Assembly: GCA_007376295.1 (NCBI GenBank)
Contig: VMGB01000001.1
Location: forward strand, 80,424 to 144,423
Reading direction: 5' to 3'
DNA from: Parcubacteria group bacterium Gr01-1014_13
Lineage (GTDB): Bacteria; Patescibacteriota; Patescibacteriia; Magasanikbacterales; GWA2-37-8
DNA length: 64,000 nucleotides
The notes below the pieces were generated by a model. That model was not told where the DNA came from, did no database searches, and saw nothing but the letters and a program-made list of their open reading frames with translations. Positions 35,933 to 45,894 of the stretch are shown here, piece by piece. The position numbers were made by a program, and so were the translations under genes. How positions within the stretch are numbered: the stretch's first letter is position 1; each line of letters opens with the position of its first letter.

Positions 35933-37036
35933 ATGGAATTCACATATAAATTCTACAATACTACTGCTTTAGCCTGGGAGGGGATGCGCCAGGCAATTTT
36001 GGCTGCAAAAACCTCCATTTATTGGGAAATTTTTACGCTAAGAGATGATTCGGTCGGTAAGCCATTTATAGATCTATTGTGTGAAAAATCCCGAGGCGGC
36101 CTAGACGTTAAATTAATCGCCGATGCTATCGGTAGCTTTTATTTATCCAAAGAGGCTATTTCCCGTTTGAAAAATTCCGGTGTTAAGTTTTTAATGTTCA
36201 ATCATCTGCGACCCGAGTTCGTTTTGCAGAATTGGTGGCGCCGGGCTTGGCACCGCACCCATCGCAAGGTTTTGGTTATAGACAGAGAAGCGGCATTTAT
36301 TGGTGGTGTAAACGTGGCTGAGCATGCCGCTAATTGGCAGGATCTGCATTTGCGGCTCACTGGTAAAATAGTATTACCAATTTTGTTTAATTTTGCCAAA
36401 TCATATGTTATGGCTGGTGGAGACAAAAAAGATGTCGTTGATTTATTGCGGCCGAAATTACTTCCAGATATTAATGAAATTAAAGAAAAAATAAATTTTA
36501 TTTTTCATTCGCCGTTGCGCGGTACTGTTCGGTCACCGTTTAAAAATTTTTATAAACAGGCTTTAGGTAATGCCAAAGACAAATTTAATTTGCTGACTCC
36601 ATATTATGTGCCCGACAAACATTTTTTGGAGCTGGTATCTCGGGCCAAAAATCGGGGAGTAGATATTAATATTATTTTACCTTGGCGGACAGATGAGCGT
36701 GTCATGCAATATTTTGCCCGGATGTTGTACGGAATTTCTTCCAAAGCTGGGGCAGCCTTTCATTTCTTGAAAAAAATGAACCACGGCAAAGCCGTGAGTG
36801 TGGATAATAAATTGGGTATGGTCGGCAGCGCCAACCTAACTCCCCGCAGTTTCTACATCAACCACGAAGCGGGGGTAACTTTTTCCGATCAGCAAATGGT
36901 AGCTGACCTAAATCAAATTTTAGATGACTGGAAAACAGAAGCCATACCTTTGGCTGATTTTGGGTTTGGCAACAAAGTTGGTTGGTATAGAAAATTCAAA
37001 GATTGGTGGATGAATAAATTGCGTGATTACGTTTAA
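35933..37036 (+). CDS. phospholipase D-family protein (two HKD motifs; cardiolipin synthase-like, no TM)
   Basis: HKD1 'HRKVLVIDREAAFIGGVNV'. HKD2 'HGKAVSVDNKLGMVGSANL'. Confidence 0.75.
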   Translation: MEFTYKFYNTTALAWEGMRQAILAAKTSIYWEIFTLRDDSVGKPFIDLLCEKSRGGLDVKLIADAIGSFYLSKEAISRLKNSGVKFLMFNHLRPEFVLQNWWRRAWHRTHRKVLVIDREAAFIGGVNVAEHAANWQDLHLRLTGKIVLPILFNFAKSYVMAGGDKKDVVDLLRPKLLPDINEIKEKINFIFHSPLRGTVRSPFKNFYKQALGNAKDKFNLLTPYYVPDKHFLELVSRAKNRGVDINIILPWRTDERVMQYFARMLYGISSKAGAAFHFLKKMNHGKAVSVDNKLGMVGSANLTPRSFYINHEAGVTFSDQQMVADLNQILDDWKTEAIPLADFGFGNKVGWYRKFKDWWMNKLRDYV

Positions 37037-37047
37037 TTTTATATAGT

Positions 37048-37788
37048 ATGAAGTTGACATTTTTAGGTACAAACGGTTGGTTTGATTCTGCCACCGGCAA
37101 TACGCCTTCGGCCGTGTTAGAAACAGAGAATTACAATATTATTTTCGATGCTGGATTTGGTTTGGCCAAAGCTGATACCTGTCTAAATCCGGACAAACCC
37201 ACCTTTTTATTTATCAGCCATTTTCATATCGATCATATTTGCGGGCTGCACGCTTTGCCAAAACTTAATTTTAAACAGCCTCTCACTATTTTTGGACGCA
37301 AAGACTTAAAAAAACTTTTTAAAACAGTAATTAATTATCCCTACGGAGCCCCTGTATCTTTTTTGAATTATAAAGTAAATCTGGTGCCTCTAAAAGAGGG
37401 GAGTTACAACAAACCTTTTAGTTTTGTCTGTAAACAATTAAAACACACCAATGGTGCCATGGGTTACCGCATCCAGGTAAACAACAAAGTTGTGGTGTAT
37501 TGTTCCGATACGGCTATTTGTGAAAATGATGCGCTTTTAGCCCAGGATGCTGATTTACTTATCCACGAGTGTGCTTTTGTGCCCGGTGAAGTTTCCGATT
37601 GGGGTCATTCCAATCCGGAACAAGTGGCGACTATGGCTAAACAGGTAAATGTAAAAAAACTAGCACTCACTCATTTTGGCGCGGCCAGGTACCATAATTT
37701 GGAAATTAGAAAGAATGCTGAAAACGTGGCCAAAGCCATTTTCCCAAACACTATCGCCGCTACCGACGGGCTCGTTCTTATGGTATAA
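37048..37788 (+). CDS. MBL-fold metallo-hydrolase (RNase Z/BN-like)
   Basis: 'FISHFHIDHICGL' (HxHxDH), 'HECAF' and 'THFG' downstream metal ligands. Confidence 0.65.
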   Translation: MKLTFLGTNGWFDSATGNTPSAVLETENYNIIFDAGFGLAKADTCLNPDKPTFLFISHFHIDHICGLHALPKLNFKQPLTIFGRKDLKKLFKTVINYPYGAPVSFLNYKVNLVPLKEGSYNKPFSFVCKQLKHTNGAMGYRIQVNNKVVVYCSDTAICENDALLAQDADLLIHECAFVPGEVSDWGHSNPEQVATMAKQVNVKKLALTHFGAARYHNLEIRKNAENVAKAIFPNTIAATDGLVLMV

Positions 37789-37798
37789 TAGATCTCGT

Positions 37799-38533
37799 AT
37801 GTTAAGTTATTTTTGGTATACATTTCTCTACCAGCCCCTTTTCAACGCTCTAATCTGGATATATCTAAATATTGCTGACAGAAATTTGGGCTGGGCCGTA
37901 ATTTGGCTCACTATTTTTTTGCGTATTATTCTTTTACCCCTTACCATCATTTCCGAACGCGATGCAGCTAAACAAAAAAATGTTGAAGAAGAAGCCAGGC
38001 ATGCGGCTAAAGCTTTCAAAAATGATGCCGTAGCCCAAAAAGAAGAAATCAGAAAAATTATGAGGAAAAACAGGGTTTCTCCTTGGGCCAAAGTGATGAC
38101 CCTGGGATTCCAGTTGTTGGTATTGATACTTTTGTATCAGGTTTTTTTACGCGGTATTACCGGCGAGCGGGTTATAAAACTTCTTTATCCTTGGATTGAT
38201 TTCCCTGGCAAGATTAATACAATTTTTTATGGGTTTGATATCGGTCAACCTCACAGCACTTTTTGGGCTGGTTTAACCGCGTTATATCTTTTTATTTCGA
38301 TATTTTTGAGCGAAAGATCAGGCGGCAGAAAAAAACGTTCCAAAACCACTTTTTTGTTTCTCTTCCCACTATTTACTTTTGCCGCTCTTTGGTTTTTGCC
38401 GATGGTAAAAGCACTTTTCATTTTGACAACCATGATTTTCTCTGATATCATTACCATGATCAGAAAGACTCTCATGCCTGAAAAGACAGAAAAGAAAGAA
38501 GAAGGAAAACCAAAGACAGCTACAAAAAAATAA
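37799..38533 (+). CDS. yidC: YidC/Oxa1-family membrane protein insertase (short form)
   Basis: 'GWAVIWLTIFLRIILLPLTIIS' conserved TM2 region and a C-terminal basic tail. Start set at ATG 37799 to clear the upstream gene. Confidence 0.8.
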   Translation: MLSYFWYTFLYQPLFNALIWIYLNIADRNLGWAVIWLTIFLRIILLPLTIISERDAAKQKNVEEEARHAAKAFKNDAVAQKEEIRKIMRKNRVSPWAKVMTLGFQLLVLILLYQVFLRGITGERVIKLLYPWIDFPGKINTIFYGFDIGQPHSTFWAGLTALYLFISIFLSERSGGRKKRSKTTFLFLFPLFTFAALWFLPMVKALFILTTMIFSDIITMIRKTLMPEKTEKKEEGKPKTATKK

Positions 38534-38568
38534 TCTCTTAATTTTTAATTCGTAATTCACAAGTTAAT

Positions 38569-39135
38569 ATGTCCGACGATTCATTGGATAAATTAATGTA
38601 TTCCTTCGTGATGGACGATGTCTTAAAAGGCGTTTTTATCAGCGTCCCACCAGGATACGTAGCCTGTGTTTACGATTTGGGCAGGGGAGTATTAAAAAAA
38701 GTTCTCACACCCGGTTTACATTTGAAAATTCCTTTTTGGCAAAAGGCCAAGCTGTTTAATACTCAAACTTTGGAATATAGTATTTCCCGACAGTTTAATC
38801 CTGAACATGAAAAGTCATTGGGCGACATCCCGATCGCTGCCGGCACCAAAGATGGCCAACGAGTTGGGGTAGAAGGTACAATCTTATTACGCCTCGATGT
38901 TCATCAGGTACCATCTATCTGGCAAACTATCGGCGAGGACTTTGTGGCCAAGATTGTCCGTCCTACTATCCGTAGCCGCATACGCATGGTATTTAGCAAA
39001 TTTGATTACCAAGATATAGTTGGGGCTAAGCGAGATTCGGTAGAGATGGAGTTGAAAAATGAATTGGAACGAATCTTCTATGCTCGCGGAATATATGTAG
39101 AAAATGTGTTGCTTAGCGAAATAGCCAAGATCTAG
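38569..39135 (+). CDS. SPFH/band-7 (prohibitin-like) domain protein
   Basis: 'SVPPGYVACVYDLGRG...LTPGLHLKIPFWQK' and the downstream SPFH core pattern. Confidence 0.7.
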   Translation: MSDDSLDKLMYSFVMDDVLKGVFISVPPGYVACVYDLGRGVLKKVLTPGLHLKIPFWQKAKLFNTQTLEYSISRQFNPEHEKSLGDIPIAAGTKDGQRVGVEGTILLRLDVHQVPSIWQTIGEDFVAKIVRPTIRSRIRMVFSKFDYQDIVGAKRDSVEMELKNELERIFYARGIYVENVLLSEIAKI

Positions 39136-39159
39136 GCTAAAAATACGAAATATATTAAA

Positions 39160-39196
39160 AAACCGACCCTGTGGATAACTCGGTCGGTTTTTGTAT
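39160..39196 (+). terminator. rho-independent terminator (AACCGACC ... GGTCGGTT + TTTTG)
   Basis: 8-bp stem, T-tract. Confidence 0.6.
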
Positions 39197-39240
39197 TGGG
39201 TATATTTTGGCTAACCTATCACATTATTTGCCCAAAGCCC

Positions 39241-39268
39241 TTGACAAAACAATCAAAATGTGATAAAC
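39241..39268 (+). promoter_or_regulatory. putative promoter (TTGACA-16-TGTG-ATAAAC) for the high-GC gene
   Basis: Consensus -35 and a TG-extended -10-like element about 60 nt upstream of the GTG start. Confidence 0.35.
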
Positions 39269-39329
39269 TGCGACCTCAAGCTAGGGATTTACCCAAAGGC
39301 TTGAGATAACCCCGTTTCGGAGGATAACT

Positions 39330-39752
39330 GTGAAGAATTTGCTCATTTCTCTACTCATCTTGACCGTCACGATCTCGTTCCAACCGGCTTACGCCGACGG
39401 GTATGGGCTCGGGCGGGCCGAACTAAACAAGGTTCTCGAGCCTCTCCGGTCCAGCATCAACCGTTGCTACCTCGCCAATGCAGGTGAGCGCGGCGGTCGT
39501 CTGGATCTCACGCTCGAAATCAGCCGCTACGGCTCGGTGTACACTACTGATGTTTCTACACCAGATCTGCGCAACAAGTTCGTCGCGCGCAAGATCAGCG
39601 CCTGCGTTCGAGGTATCGTCAAGGACTTGGCGTTCCCGACACGCAAAGCAGCGACTACATCCAAGTTCTCGTACATCTTTCATAAGGCACGCTCCCCAGG
39701 CGATGGCCCGCAGCTAAGCTGCTGGAATCCCCGCGGTTGTCCGGGTAAGTAG
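39330..39752 (+). CDS. high-GC secreted protein with AgmX/PglI-C (TonB-C-like) domain; probable horizontally acquired gene
   Basis: G+C is conspicuously higher than flanks (by eye, not computed). GTG start with SD GGAGG. Signal peptide 'LLISLLILTVTISFQPAYA'. Pattern 'INRCY..G.LDLTLEIS..GSV...VS....FV..ISACV..V.DLAFP' recalls the Myxococcota-type AgmX/PglI C-terminal domain (from memory). Own promoter and terminator. Confidence 0.55.
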   Translation: MKNLLISLLILTVTISFQPAYADGYGLGRAELNKVLEPLRSSINRCYLANAGERGGRLDLTLEISRYGSVYTTDVSTPDLRNKFVARKISACVRGIVKDLAFPTRKAATTSKFSYIFHKARSPGDGPQLSCWNPRGCPGK

Positions 39753-39779
39753 CCAATATAACAAGTTGGCCACGACCCA

Positions 39780-39807
39780 AGGCTCCTTAACCAGGAGCCT
39801 ATTTTTT
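39780..39807 (+). terminator. rho-independent terminator (GGCTCCT-TAACC-AGGAGCC + T7)
   Basis: Perfect 7-bp stem followed by TATTTTTTT. Confidence 0.7.
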
Positions 39808-39849
39808 TGTCTAATACACTTCTTGACGCGTCTTTTGGGTTATGATATA

Positions 39850-39876
39850 TTATCACTCGTAAGGTTTGAGTGATAA
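39850..39876. promoter_or_regulatory. CIRCE-like HrcA operator (TTATCACTC-N9-GAGTGATAA)
   Basis: 9-bp inverted repeat with 9-nt spacer, one position off the canonical TTAGCACTC-N9-GAGTGCTAA in each arm. Ends 6 nt before the hrcA ATG. Confidence 0.75.
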
Positions 39877-39881
39877 TTTGT

Positions 39882-40562
39882 ATGGATAGCCGTAAAGAAA
39901 AAATTTTAAATTTAGTTATAGAAAATTATATCGCCAATGCTGAGCCGGTTGGCTCCAAATTTTTGGTATCAATCGGAGATTTAGATCTTAGCGAAGCTAC
40001 TGTGCGCAATGAACTGCGCGCTTTAGAAGAAGAAGGCTATCTTACTCATCCGCATACTTCAGCTGGCCGTATCCCGACAGAAAAGGGCTATAGATATTAT
40101 ATTAAAAACCTCAATTTGGCTAAAAGCCAGATTTCCAAAAATGATAGCAAAGTTTTAGAAAATTCTTTGGACAAAGCTACTGATCAAGAATTGGCTTTTA
40201 AAAATATGGCTAGGACAATGGTAGAGTTGTCTAATGAAACAGTAGTCATTGCTTTTTCTCCGGAAAATATATACTATACTGGCTTGTCTAATCTTTTTAA
40301 CAAACCAGAATTTGATCGGTTAAGTCTGATAGCGGACATTTCCGAAGTTTTCGACAACTTTGAAGATTCTTTGGAAGGTTTTTTTGAAAAAGTAGATAGT
40401 AATCCACAGTATTTTATCGGTGATGAACATCCGTTTGGAGAAATGCTTAGTGTTTTATCTATGCGGTTTGGTAAGGATGGTTTGGTAGCGATTTTGGGAC
40501 CTAAGAGAATGGATTACAGATACAATTTTGGTTTGATGAAAAAATTATTGGAATTAATTTAA
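39882..40562 (+). CDS. hrcA: heat-inducible transcription repressor HrcA (short form)
   Basis: 'REKILNLVIENYIANAEPVGSKFL' winged-helix N-terminus and 'GYLTHPHTSAGRIPTEKGYRYY'. Start set at ATG 39882; the GTG at 39870 lies inside CIRCE. Confidence 0.8.
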   Translation: MDSRKEKILNLVIENYIANAEPVGSKFLVSIGDLDLSEATVRNELRALEEEGYLTHPHTSAGRIPTEKGYRYYIKNLNLAKSQISKNDSKVLENSLDKATDQELAFKNMARTMVELSNETVVIAFSPENIYYTGLSNLFNKPEFDRLSLIADISEVFDNFEDSLEGFFEKVDSNPQYFIGDEHPFGEMLSVLSMRFGKDGLVAILGPKRMDYRYNFGLMKKLLELI

Positions 40563-40566
40563 AATT

Positions 40567-41058
40567 ATGTCTGACGAACAAGAAAAAATTAACGAAGAGT
40601 TGCCAGGCGAACTTGATATCGCCAAGGCACAAGCTGAGGAATACAAAGCTAATTGGCAACGGGCTTTGGCTGATTACCGAAATTTACAAAAAGAAACAGC
40701 AGCCATGCGATCCCAGTGGGCGCAGATGAGTGAAGAGCAGATTTTACAGAATTTTATTCCGGTTTACGAAAATTTTAAAAAAGCGTTTAGCGCTAATCTG
40801 CCAACAGGCGATAACGAAAAGCAGTGGCAAAGCTGGAAACAGGGAATAGAATATATAATGAAGCAATTTCGTGATGTGCTGAAAGGTTATAATGTACAGG
40901 AGATAAAAACAGTGGGAGAAAAATTTGACCCACGTCTACATGAAGCGATTAGTGAAGAGGATGGCGCTGACGCGGGGGTTATTATAAAAGAAGTAGAGGG
41001 TGGATATAAAATGGGGGACAAGGTTATTAAACCGGCACGGGTGGTTATTAGTAAATAG
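40567..41058 (+). CDS. grpE: nucleotide exchange factor GrpE
   Basis: Coiled-coil N-half 'YRNLQKETAAMR...' and beta-domain C-half. Position is between hrcA and dnaK. Confidence 0.85.
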   Translation: MSDEQEKINEELPGELDIAKAQAEEYKANWQRALADYRNLQKETAAMRSQWAQMSEEQILQNFIPVYENFKKAFSANLPTGDNEKQWQSWKQGIEYIMKQFRDVLKGYNVQEIKTVGEKFDPRLHEAISEEDGADAGVIIKEVEGGYKMGDKVIKPARVVISK

Positions 41059-41076
41059 TCTAATTAAAAATTAAAT

Positions 41077-41553
41077 ATGGAAAAATATCAAAAATATAAT
41101 TTAAGTTTACAGCTAGTAGTTTGGATTAGCGCTATAGTAATTGGTGCTTTTCAAATTAGTATAAATAACCGATTAAAAAATTTGCAAGATGTTGTAGCTA
41201 TTTTTGCTGTACCAGATGATGGGGCAATCCAAATTCACAATGTCGGTAAGGTTAATTTATATTTACACAAATTTGAGTTACCGGGTAAGGTGCATAATTT
41301 TGAAAGACCGAGGCTGTTGCCAGCCGGGACAGGTAATAGCGCATATAATTGGGTTCCTTTGCCCACAGGTTTAAAGGATGGCGAGGAGTTTGATTTTAAA
41401 CTTTATCTGACTGACAATTTTAATAATAAATGGATTGCAGAAATGGGTGGAAAAATGGGGATGAAAACGTCTGTTATTAATGGAAAGGAACAAAAATTAC
41501 CTATATTTATCGTATGGTCTTATCAAACTTATAAAAAAGACTGGAATTTCTAA
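41077..41553 (+). CDS. hypothetical membrane-anchored protein inserted between grpE and dnaK
   Basis: N-terminal TM 'LQLVVWISAIVIGAF'. No recognisable family. Confidence 0.4.
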   Translation: MEKYQKYNLSLQLVVWISAIVIGAFQISINNRLKNLQDVVAIFAVPDDGAIQIHNVGKVNLYLHKFELPGKVHNFERPRLLPAGTGNSAYNWVPLPTGLKDGEEFDFKLYLTDNFNNKWIAEMGGKMGMKTSVINGKEQKLPIFIVWSYQTYKKDWNF

Positions 41554-41576
41554 GTAATTAATAAATAAATATTCAT

Positions 41577-43472
41577 ATGGCAAAAGTTCTAGGAATCGAT
41601 CTAGGTACAACCAACTCCTGCATGGCCGTTATCGAAAGCGGACAGCCAAGAGTAATAGAAAATAAAGAAGGCGCTCGCACTACCCCCTCCATTGTCGCTA
41701 TTTCCAAAACTGGCGAACGTTTGGTTGGTCAGTTGGCTAAGCGTCAATCTATAACTAACCCGCAAAATACTTTATATTCCATCAAACGTTTAATCGGCCG
41801 ACGTTTTGAAGACCAAGAAGTCCAGCGCGACTTGGCGCTTTTGCCATATAAAATAGTAAAGAGCGGCGACGGAGTAAAAATAGAAATGCAAGGCAAGGAA
41901 TATACACCCCAAGAAATTTCGGCCATGATTTTAGGGAAAATGAAAGCTGATGCCGAAGAAAAATTGGGTGAAACTATTACCGAAGCAGTTATTACCGTAC
42001 CGGCTTATTTTGATGACGCGCAACGTCAGGCTACCAAAGATGCTGGCGCTATTGCGGGATTAAATGTACTTCGTATTATCAACGAACCAACTGCTGCCGC
42101 CCTGGCTTATGGTTTCGATAAAAAGAAAGATCAAAAAATTGCTGTCTACGATTTGGGCGGCGGAACTTTTGATATCTCTATTTTAGAAGTAAGCGCCGAC
42201 ACCGTGCAGGTTTTGTCTACTAATGGTGATACTCACTTGGGCGGAGATGACTTTGATAATATTATTATCAATTGGATTAATGATGAATTTAAGAAAGATA
42301 GCGGTATTGATTTAAGTAAAGATCTTTTATCAAAACAACGCATAAAAGAAGCGGCTGAAAAAGCTAAGATAGAGTTGTCCACAGCCCAAGAAACCGAAAT
42401 TAACCAGCCGTTTATAACTTCCGACTCTACCGGACCAAAACATTTGGTAATGAAATTAACTAGAGCTAAATTGGAAGAATTGGTAGGGGATTTGGTAGAT
42501 AAAACTATGGCTCCAGTACGCAAAGCTTTGGAAGATGCCAAGCTTTCGGCTGGTGATTTAAATGAAGTGGTAATGGTTGGTGGTATGACCCGCATGCCTT
42601 TAGTACTGCAAACTGTAGAAAAATTCTTCAACAAAAAACCAAATATCAGTGTGAATCCGGATGAAGTGGTAGCTGTAGGCGCAGCTGTACAAGCCGGTGT
42701 ATTAAAAGGTGAAGTGCATGATGTTTTGCTTCTTGATGTTATTCCTTTGTCATTTGGTTTAGAGACCATGGGTGGAGTAATGACCAAACTTATTGAACGC
42801 AACACTACTATACCTACTTCCAAAACCCAGGTATTTTCTACTGCGGCCGATAATCAGCCAGCTGTAGAAATTAATGTTTTGCAAGGTGAACGCCCTATGG
42901 CTGCAGACAACAAAAATCTAGGCAGATTTATTTTAGACGGTATTCCACCAGCTCCGCGCGGAGTTCCTCAAGTTGAAGTTACTTTTGATATCGATGCCAA
43001 TGGTATCTTGAATGTTAAAGCCAAAGATAAAGCCACTAACAAAGAGCAATCAATTCGCATTGAAGCCTCTACCGGTTTATCTAAAGAAGAGGTAGAGAAA
43101 ATGAAAAAAGATGCTGAGACTCATGCTGAAGAAGACAAGAAAAAACAAGAATTGATTGAAACAAAAAATATTGCCGATACGATGGTATATACTACCGAAA
43201 AAATGATGAAAGAAGTGGAAGAAAAGAAAGTTGATGTTAGCGAGGATGAGAAAAGTAAAGTAAATGAAGCCGTAAAGGCCTTGAAAGAAGTAAAGGACAA
43301 AGATAATGTAGAAGCAATTAAAAAAGCTTCGGAAGAATTATCTAAAGTTGCCCAGGCTGTGGGTACAAAAATGTACCAGGCCCAGCAAGCTGCTCAGCCT
43401 TCTGCAGAAAAGAAAGATGAAAAAGGTAACGAAGGCCCAATAGAAGGCGAAGTTGTTGATGAGAATAAATAA
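41577..43472 (+). CDS. dnaK: chaperone DnaK (Hsp70)
   Basis: '[10 protein letters not shown]', 'DLGGGTFD', '[10 protein letters not shown]', C-terminal lid with acidic tail. Confidence 0.95.
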   Translation: MAKVLGIDLGTTNSCMAVIESGQPRVIENKEGARTTPSIVAISKTGERLVGQLAKRQSITNPQNTLYSIKRLIGRRFEDQEVQRDLALLPYKIVKSGDGVKIEMQGKEYTPQEISAMILGKMKADAEEKLGETITEAVITVPAYFDDAQRQATKDAGAIAGLNVLRIINEPTAAALAYGFDKKKDQKIAVYDLGGGTFDISILEVSADTVQVLSTNGDTHLGGDDFDNIIINWINDEFKKDSGIDLSKDLLSKQRIKEAAEKAKIELSTAQETEINQPFITSDSTGPKHLVMKLTRAKLEELVGDLVDKTMAPVRKALEDAKLSAGDLNEVVMVGGMTRMPLVLQTVEKFFNKKPNISVNPDEVVAVGAAVQAGVLKGEVHDVLLLDVIPLSFGLETMGGVMTKLIERNTTIPTSKTQVFSTAADNQPAVEINVLQGERPMAADNKNLGRFILDGIPPAPRGVPQVEVTFDIDANGILNVKAKDKATNKEQSIRIEASTGLSKEEVEKMKKDAETHAEEDKKKQELIETKNIADTMVYTTEKMMKEVEEKKVDVSEDEKSKVNEAVKALKEVKDKDNVEAIKKASEELSKVAQAVGTKMYQAQQAAQPSAEKKDEKGNEGPIEGEVVDENK

Positions 43473-43478
43473 AATTTA

Positions 43479-44567
43479 ATGTCCAAAGACTATTACAAAA
43501 TTCTTGGCGTAGACAAGAACGCTTCGGCCGATGATATCAAAAAGGCTTTTAAGAAGTCTGCTATGCAGCATCATCCGGATAGGCCAGGCGGAGACGAAGC
43601 CAAGTTCAAAGAGGTAAATGAAGCCTACCAGGTCTTAAGCGATGCGGAAAAACGCAAACGCTATGATCAGTTTGGCTCTGATTTTGAACAACAGGGTGGA
43701 TTTGGCGGGGGAATGAATTGGGAAGATTTTATGAGCCAAGCCAGAAGTGGTGGCGCATCTAGTTTTGGTGGAGATTTTGGTGATCTTGGGGATATCTTTG
43801 GTAGTTTTTTTGGTGGGGGCCGAAGTCAAAGCAGAGGACCGGCCAGAGGCAGGGATATTCAAGTAGATGTAGAGATTGATTTTAAAGAAGCTGCTTTTGG
43901 AGTAGAAAGAGAAATGTCTTTACGCAAGCAAGATAAATGTGATGTTTGTAACGGTACGGGTGGCGAGCCAGATAGCAAGATGGAAAAATGTTCTACTTGC
44001 AAAGGCCAAGGCCAAGTAGTGCAAACTCAAAGAACTATTTTGGGGGCTATGCAAACAGTGGCAACTTGTCCGGATTGCCATGGGCGAGGCGAAAGAGCGG
44101 CTAAAAAATGTAAACATTGTGGCGGCGATGGTATTTTGGCAAAAACTTCTAATGTTAAAATTAAAATTCCTGGTGGCATAGACAATGGCCAGTCTATTCG
44201 TTTGGAGGGTTATGGCGAAACTGCTCCGCACGGCGGCGGAAGCGGCGATCTTTATGTGCGCGTACACGTCAAACCATCAAAAGTTTTCCAGCGTGAAGGC
44301 TATGATGTTTATACGCAGGCCGAGATCAGTTATCCGCAGGCAGTTTTGGGTGACCATATTGAAGTAGAAACTTTAGATGGTATAATAAAAATAGCTGTGC
44401 CCGAAGGCACAGAGTCTGGTCAGCTGATACGAATCAAAGGAAAGGGGATTCAACACCTGCAAAGAAACAACCGAGGCGATCACTATGTGAAAGTTAAAAT
44501 TAAAGTCCCTAAAAAATTAAGCAAAGAAGCAAGAAAGAAATTAGAAGAATTGAAAACAGAATTGTAA
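43479..44567 (+). CDS. dnaJ: chaperone DnaJ (J-domain, G/F region, four CxxCxGxG zinc-finger repeats)
   Basis: '[19 protein letters not shown]' HPD motif. 'CDVCNGTG', 'CSTCKGQG', 'CPDCHGRG', 'CKHCGGDG'. Confidence 0.9.
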   Translation: MSKDYYKILGVDKNASADDIKKAFKKSAMQHHPDRPGGDEAKFKEVNEAYQVLSDAEKRKRYDQFGSDFEQQGGFGGGMNWEDFMSQARSGGASSFGGDFGDLGDIFGSFFGGGRSQSRGPARGRDIQVDVEIDFKEAAFGVEREMSLRKQDKCDVCNGTGGEPDSKMEKCSTCKGQGQVVQTQRTILGAMQTVATCPDCHGRGERAAKKCKHCGGDGILAKTSNVKIKIPGGIDNGQSIRLEGYGETAPHGGGSGDLYVRVHVKPSKVFQREGYDVYTQAEISYPQAVLGDHIEVETLDGIIKIAVPEGTESGQLIRIKGKGIQHLQRNNRGDHYVKVKIKVPKKLSKEARKKLEELKTEL

Positions 44568-44583
44568 ATAATGTTTCTGCCGT

Positions 44584-45081
44584 ATGAATAAGAAAGCAGA
44601 ATTTGAAAAATTTTATAGTACACATGTAGACAAGGTTTATCGCTTTGTCTATTTTCGTATCGGCGCAGACAAAATGTTAGCTCAGGATTTAGTATCGGAA
44701 ATCTTTATTAAAGCACTGGAACATTTTGTGGATTATGATGAGAAAAAAAGTCATTCGGCTTGGATCTTCACTATTGCCAGGAACCACTTGGCAAACCATT
44801 GGCGGGATAAAAAACCTACCAGCCCCTTGCCCGAAGACGAAAACAACTCAAATGAGGATTTTTGGCTAAAATCAGCCATTAATTCGGGTAAAAAAGATAT
44901 GGCAAAGCATCAAATTAGGGAGTTGCTCGAAAAACTCGATGAGAATAGCCGAGAAATTGTAACTTTTCACTATCTTTTGGGGTATAGTTATGCAGAGATA
45001 GCAGATATGAAGGATATGTCTGAAACTGCTATAAAAGTAGCCGCGCACAGGGCTCTTAAAAAATTATCCGAAATTGTATGA
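44584..45081 (+). CDS. ECF-type RNA polymerase sigma factor (second copy)
   Basis: Region 2 'IFTIARNHLANHWRDKK'. Region 4 'REIVTFHYLLGYSYAEIADMKDMSETAIKVAAHRALKKL'. Confidence 0.75.
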   Translation: MNKKAEFEKFYSTHVDKVYRFVYFRIGADKMLAQDLVSEIFIKALEHFVDYDEKKSHSAWIFTIARNHLANHWRDKKPTSPLPEDENNSNEDFWLKSAINSGKKDMAKHQIRELLEKLDENSREIVTFHYLLGYSYAEIADMKDMSETAIKVAAHRALKKLSEIV

Positions 45082-45890
45082 ATTTAAGAACTAGAATTAA
45101 TTTGTGGAAATTGAAGAAAAGCATGAGTCCGAGCAGGGATTTCAAAGCGAATTTGCGTAAAAATTTGGCCATATCTTGGGACGCCAAGCATGGTAAGGCA
45201 CCGTGGTATCAGTTAGGCATGCGCCACGCAGCTGCAAGTTTTTCCGTAATAACTTTGCTTTTGTCAGGCGGAGGCGCAGTCTATGCTTATAACAGCCCCG
45301 AAGTCACAGAGGGCACAACGTTTTATCCCATCAAACAAGTTATTGAGACAGTTGAGGAAGTTGTCCAAATAACTCCGGAAGCAAAAGCTAAATTCTATCT
45401 TAAAAAGATAGAACGCCGCGAGGCCGAACGAAAAGTATTGGAGAAAAATAATCCTCTAATAGTAGAGTTAAAATTAGAAGTAGAAGGCGAAGACGCTGAT
45501 GAAAACGTGGAAGAGGATAAAAAAGAAGTGAAAGAAAAAAATAAAGACGAAGAAAAAGATGAGGTTGTTCTGCGCAAAATAAAAAGAACGCAGCAGTCTA
45601 TAGAGAAAGCCGAAGAAGAATTGGAGAAAACCCGACAACTTATCGAGAAGGATGGCTTCCAAGATATTAAATTGCGTGAGGAGTTAAGAAAGAGAATGGA
45701 ACGGAGGCTAGAGAAAAGAAAAAAACAATTGGAAATTAAAATTGAAAATCGCCAAGAAATAAAGGTGAATTTACAGGGAAAAATAGAAAATGGAAACAGT
45801 GGTCAAAGTAATGACGAAAATAGAAGTGAAAATCAAACCGAAGAAAAGTCACGAATAAGAGTTGAAGAATTAATTAAGTTAAATAATTAA
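45078..45890 (+). CDS. anti-sigma-factor-like single-pass membrane protein (DUF5667-like start, K/E-rich coiled-coil tail)
   Basis: Overlaps the sigma stop by 4 nt. TM 'ASFSVITLLLSGGGAVYAY' followed by 'TTFYPIKQVIETVEEV', then highly charged KE-repeat region. Confidence 0.45.
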   Translation: MNLRTRINLWKLKKSMSPSRDFKANLRKNLAISWDAKHGKAPWYQLGMRHAAASFSVITLLLSGGGAVYAYNSPEVTEGTTFYPIKQVIETVEEVVQITPEAKAKFYLKKIERREAERKVLEKNNPLIVELKLEVEGEDADENVEEDKKEVKEKNKDEEKDEVVLRKIKRTQQSIEKAEEELEKTRQLIEKDGFQDIKLREELRKRMERRLEKRKKQLEIKIENRQEIKVNLQGKIENGNSGQSNDENRSENQTEEKSRIRVEELIKLNN

Positions 45891-45894
45891 TCGT

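Noticed and set aside
39423-39717. ORFs 39423-39683 (-) and 39478-39717 (+) overlapping the 39330-39752 gene.
   Set aside because: They are by-products of the locally high G+C, which yields few stop codons in all frames. Only the signal-peptide-bearing frame has promoter, SD and terminator context.
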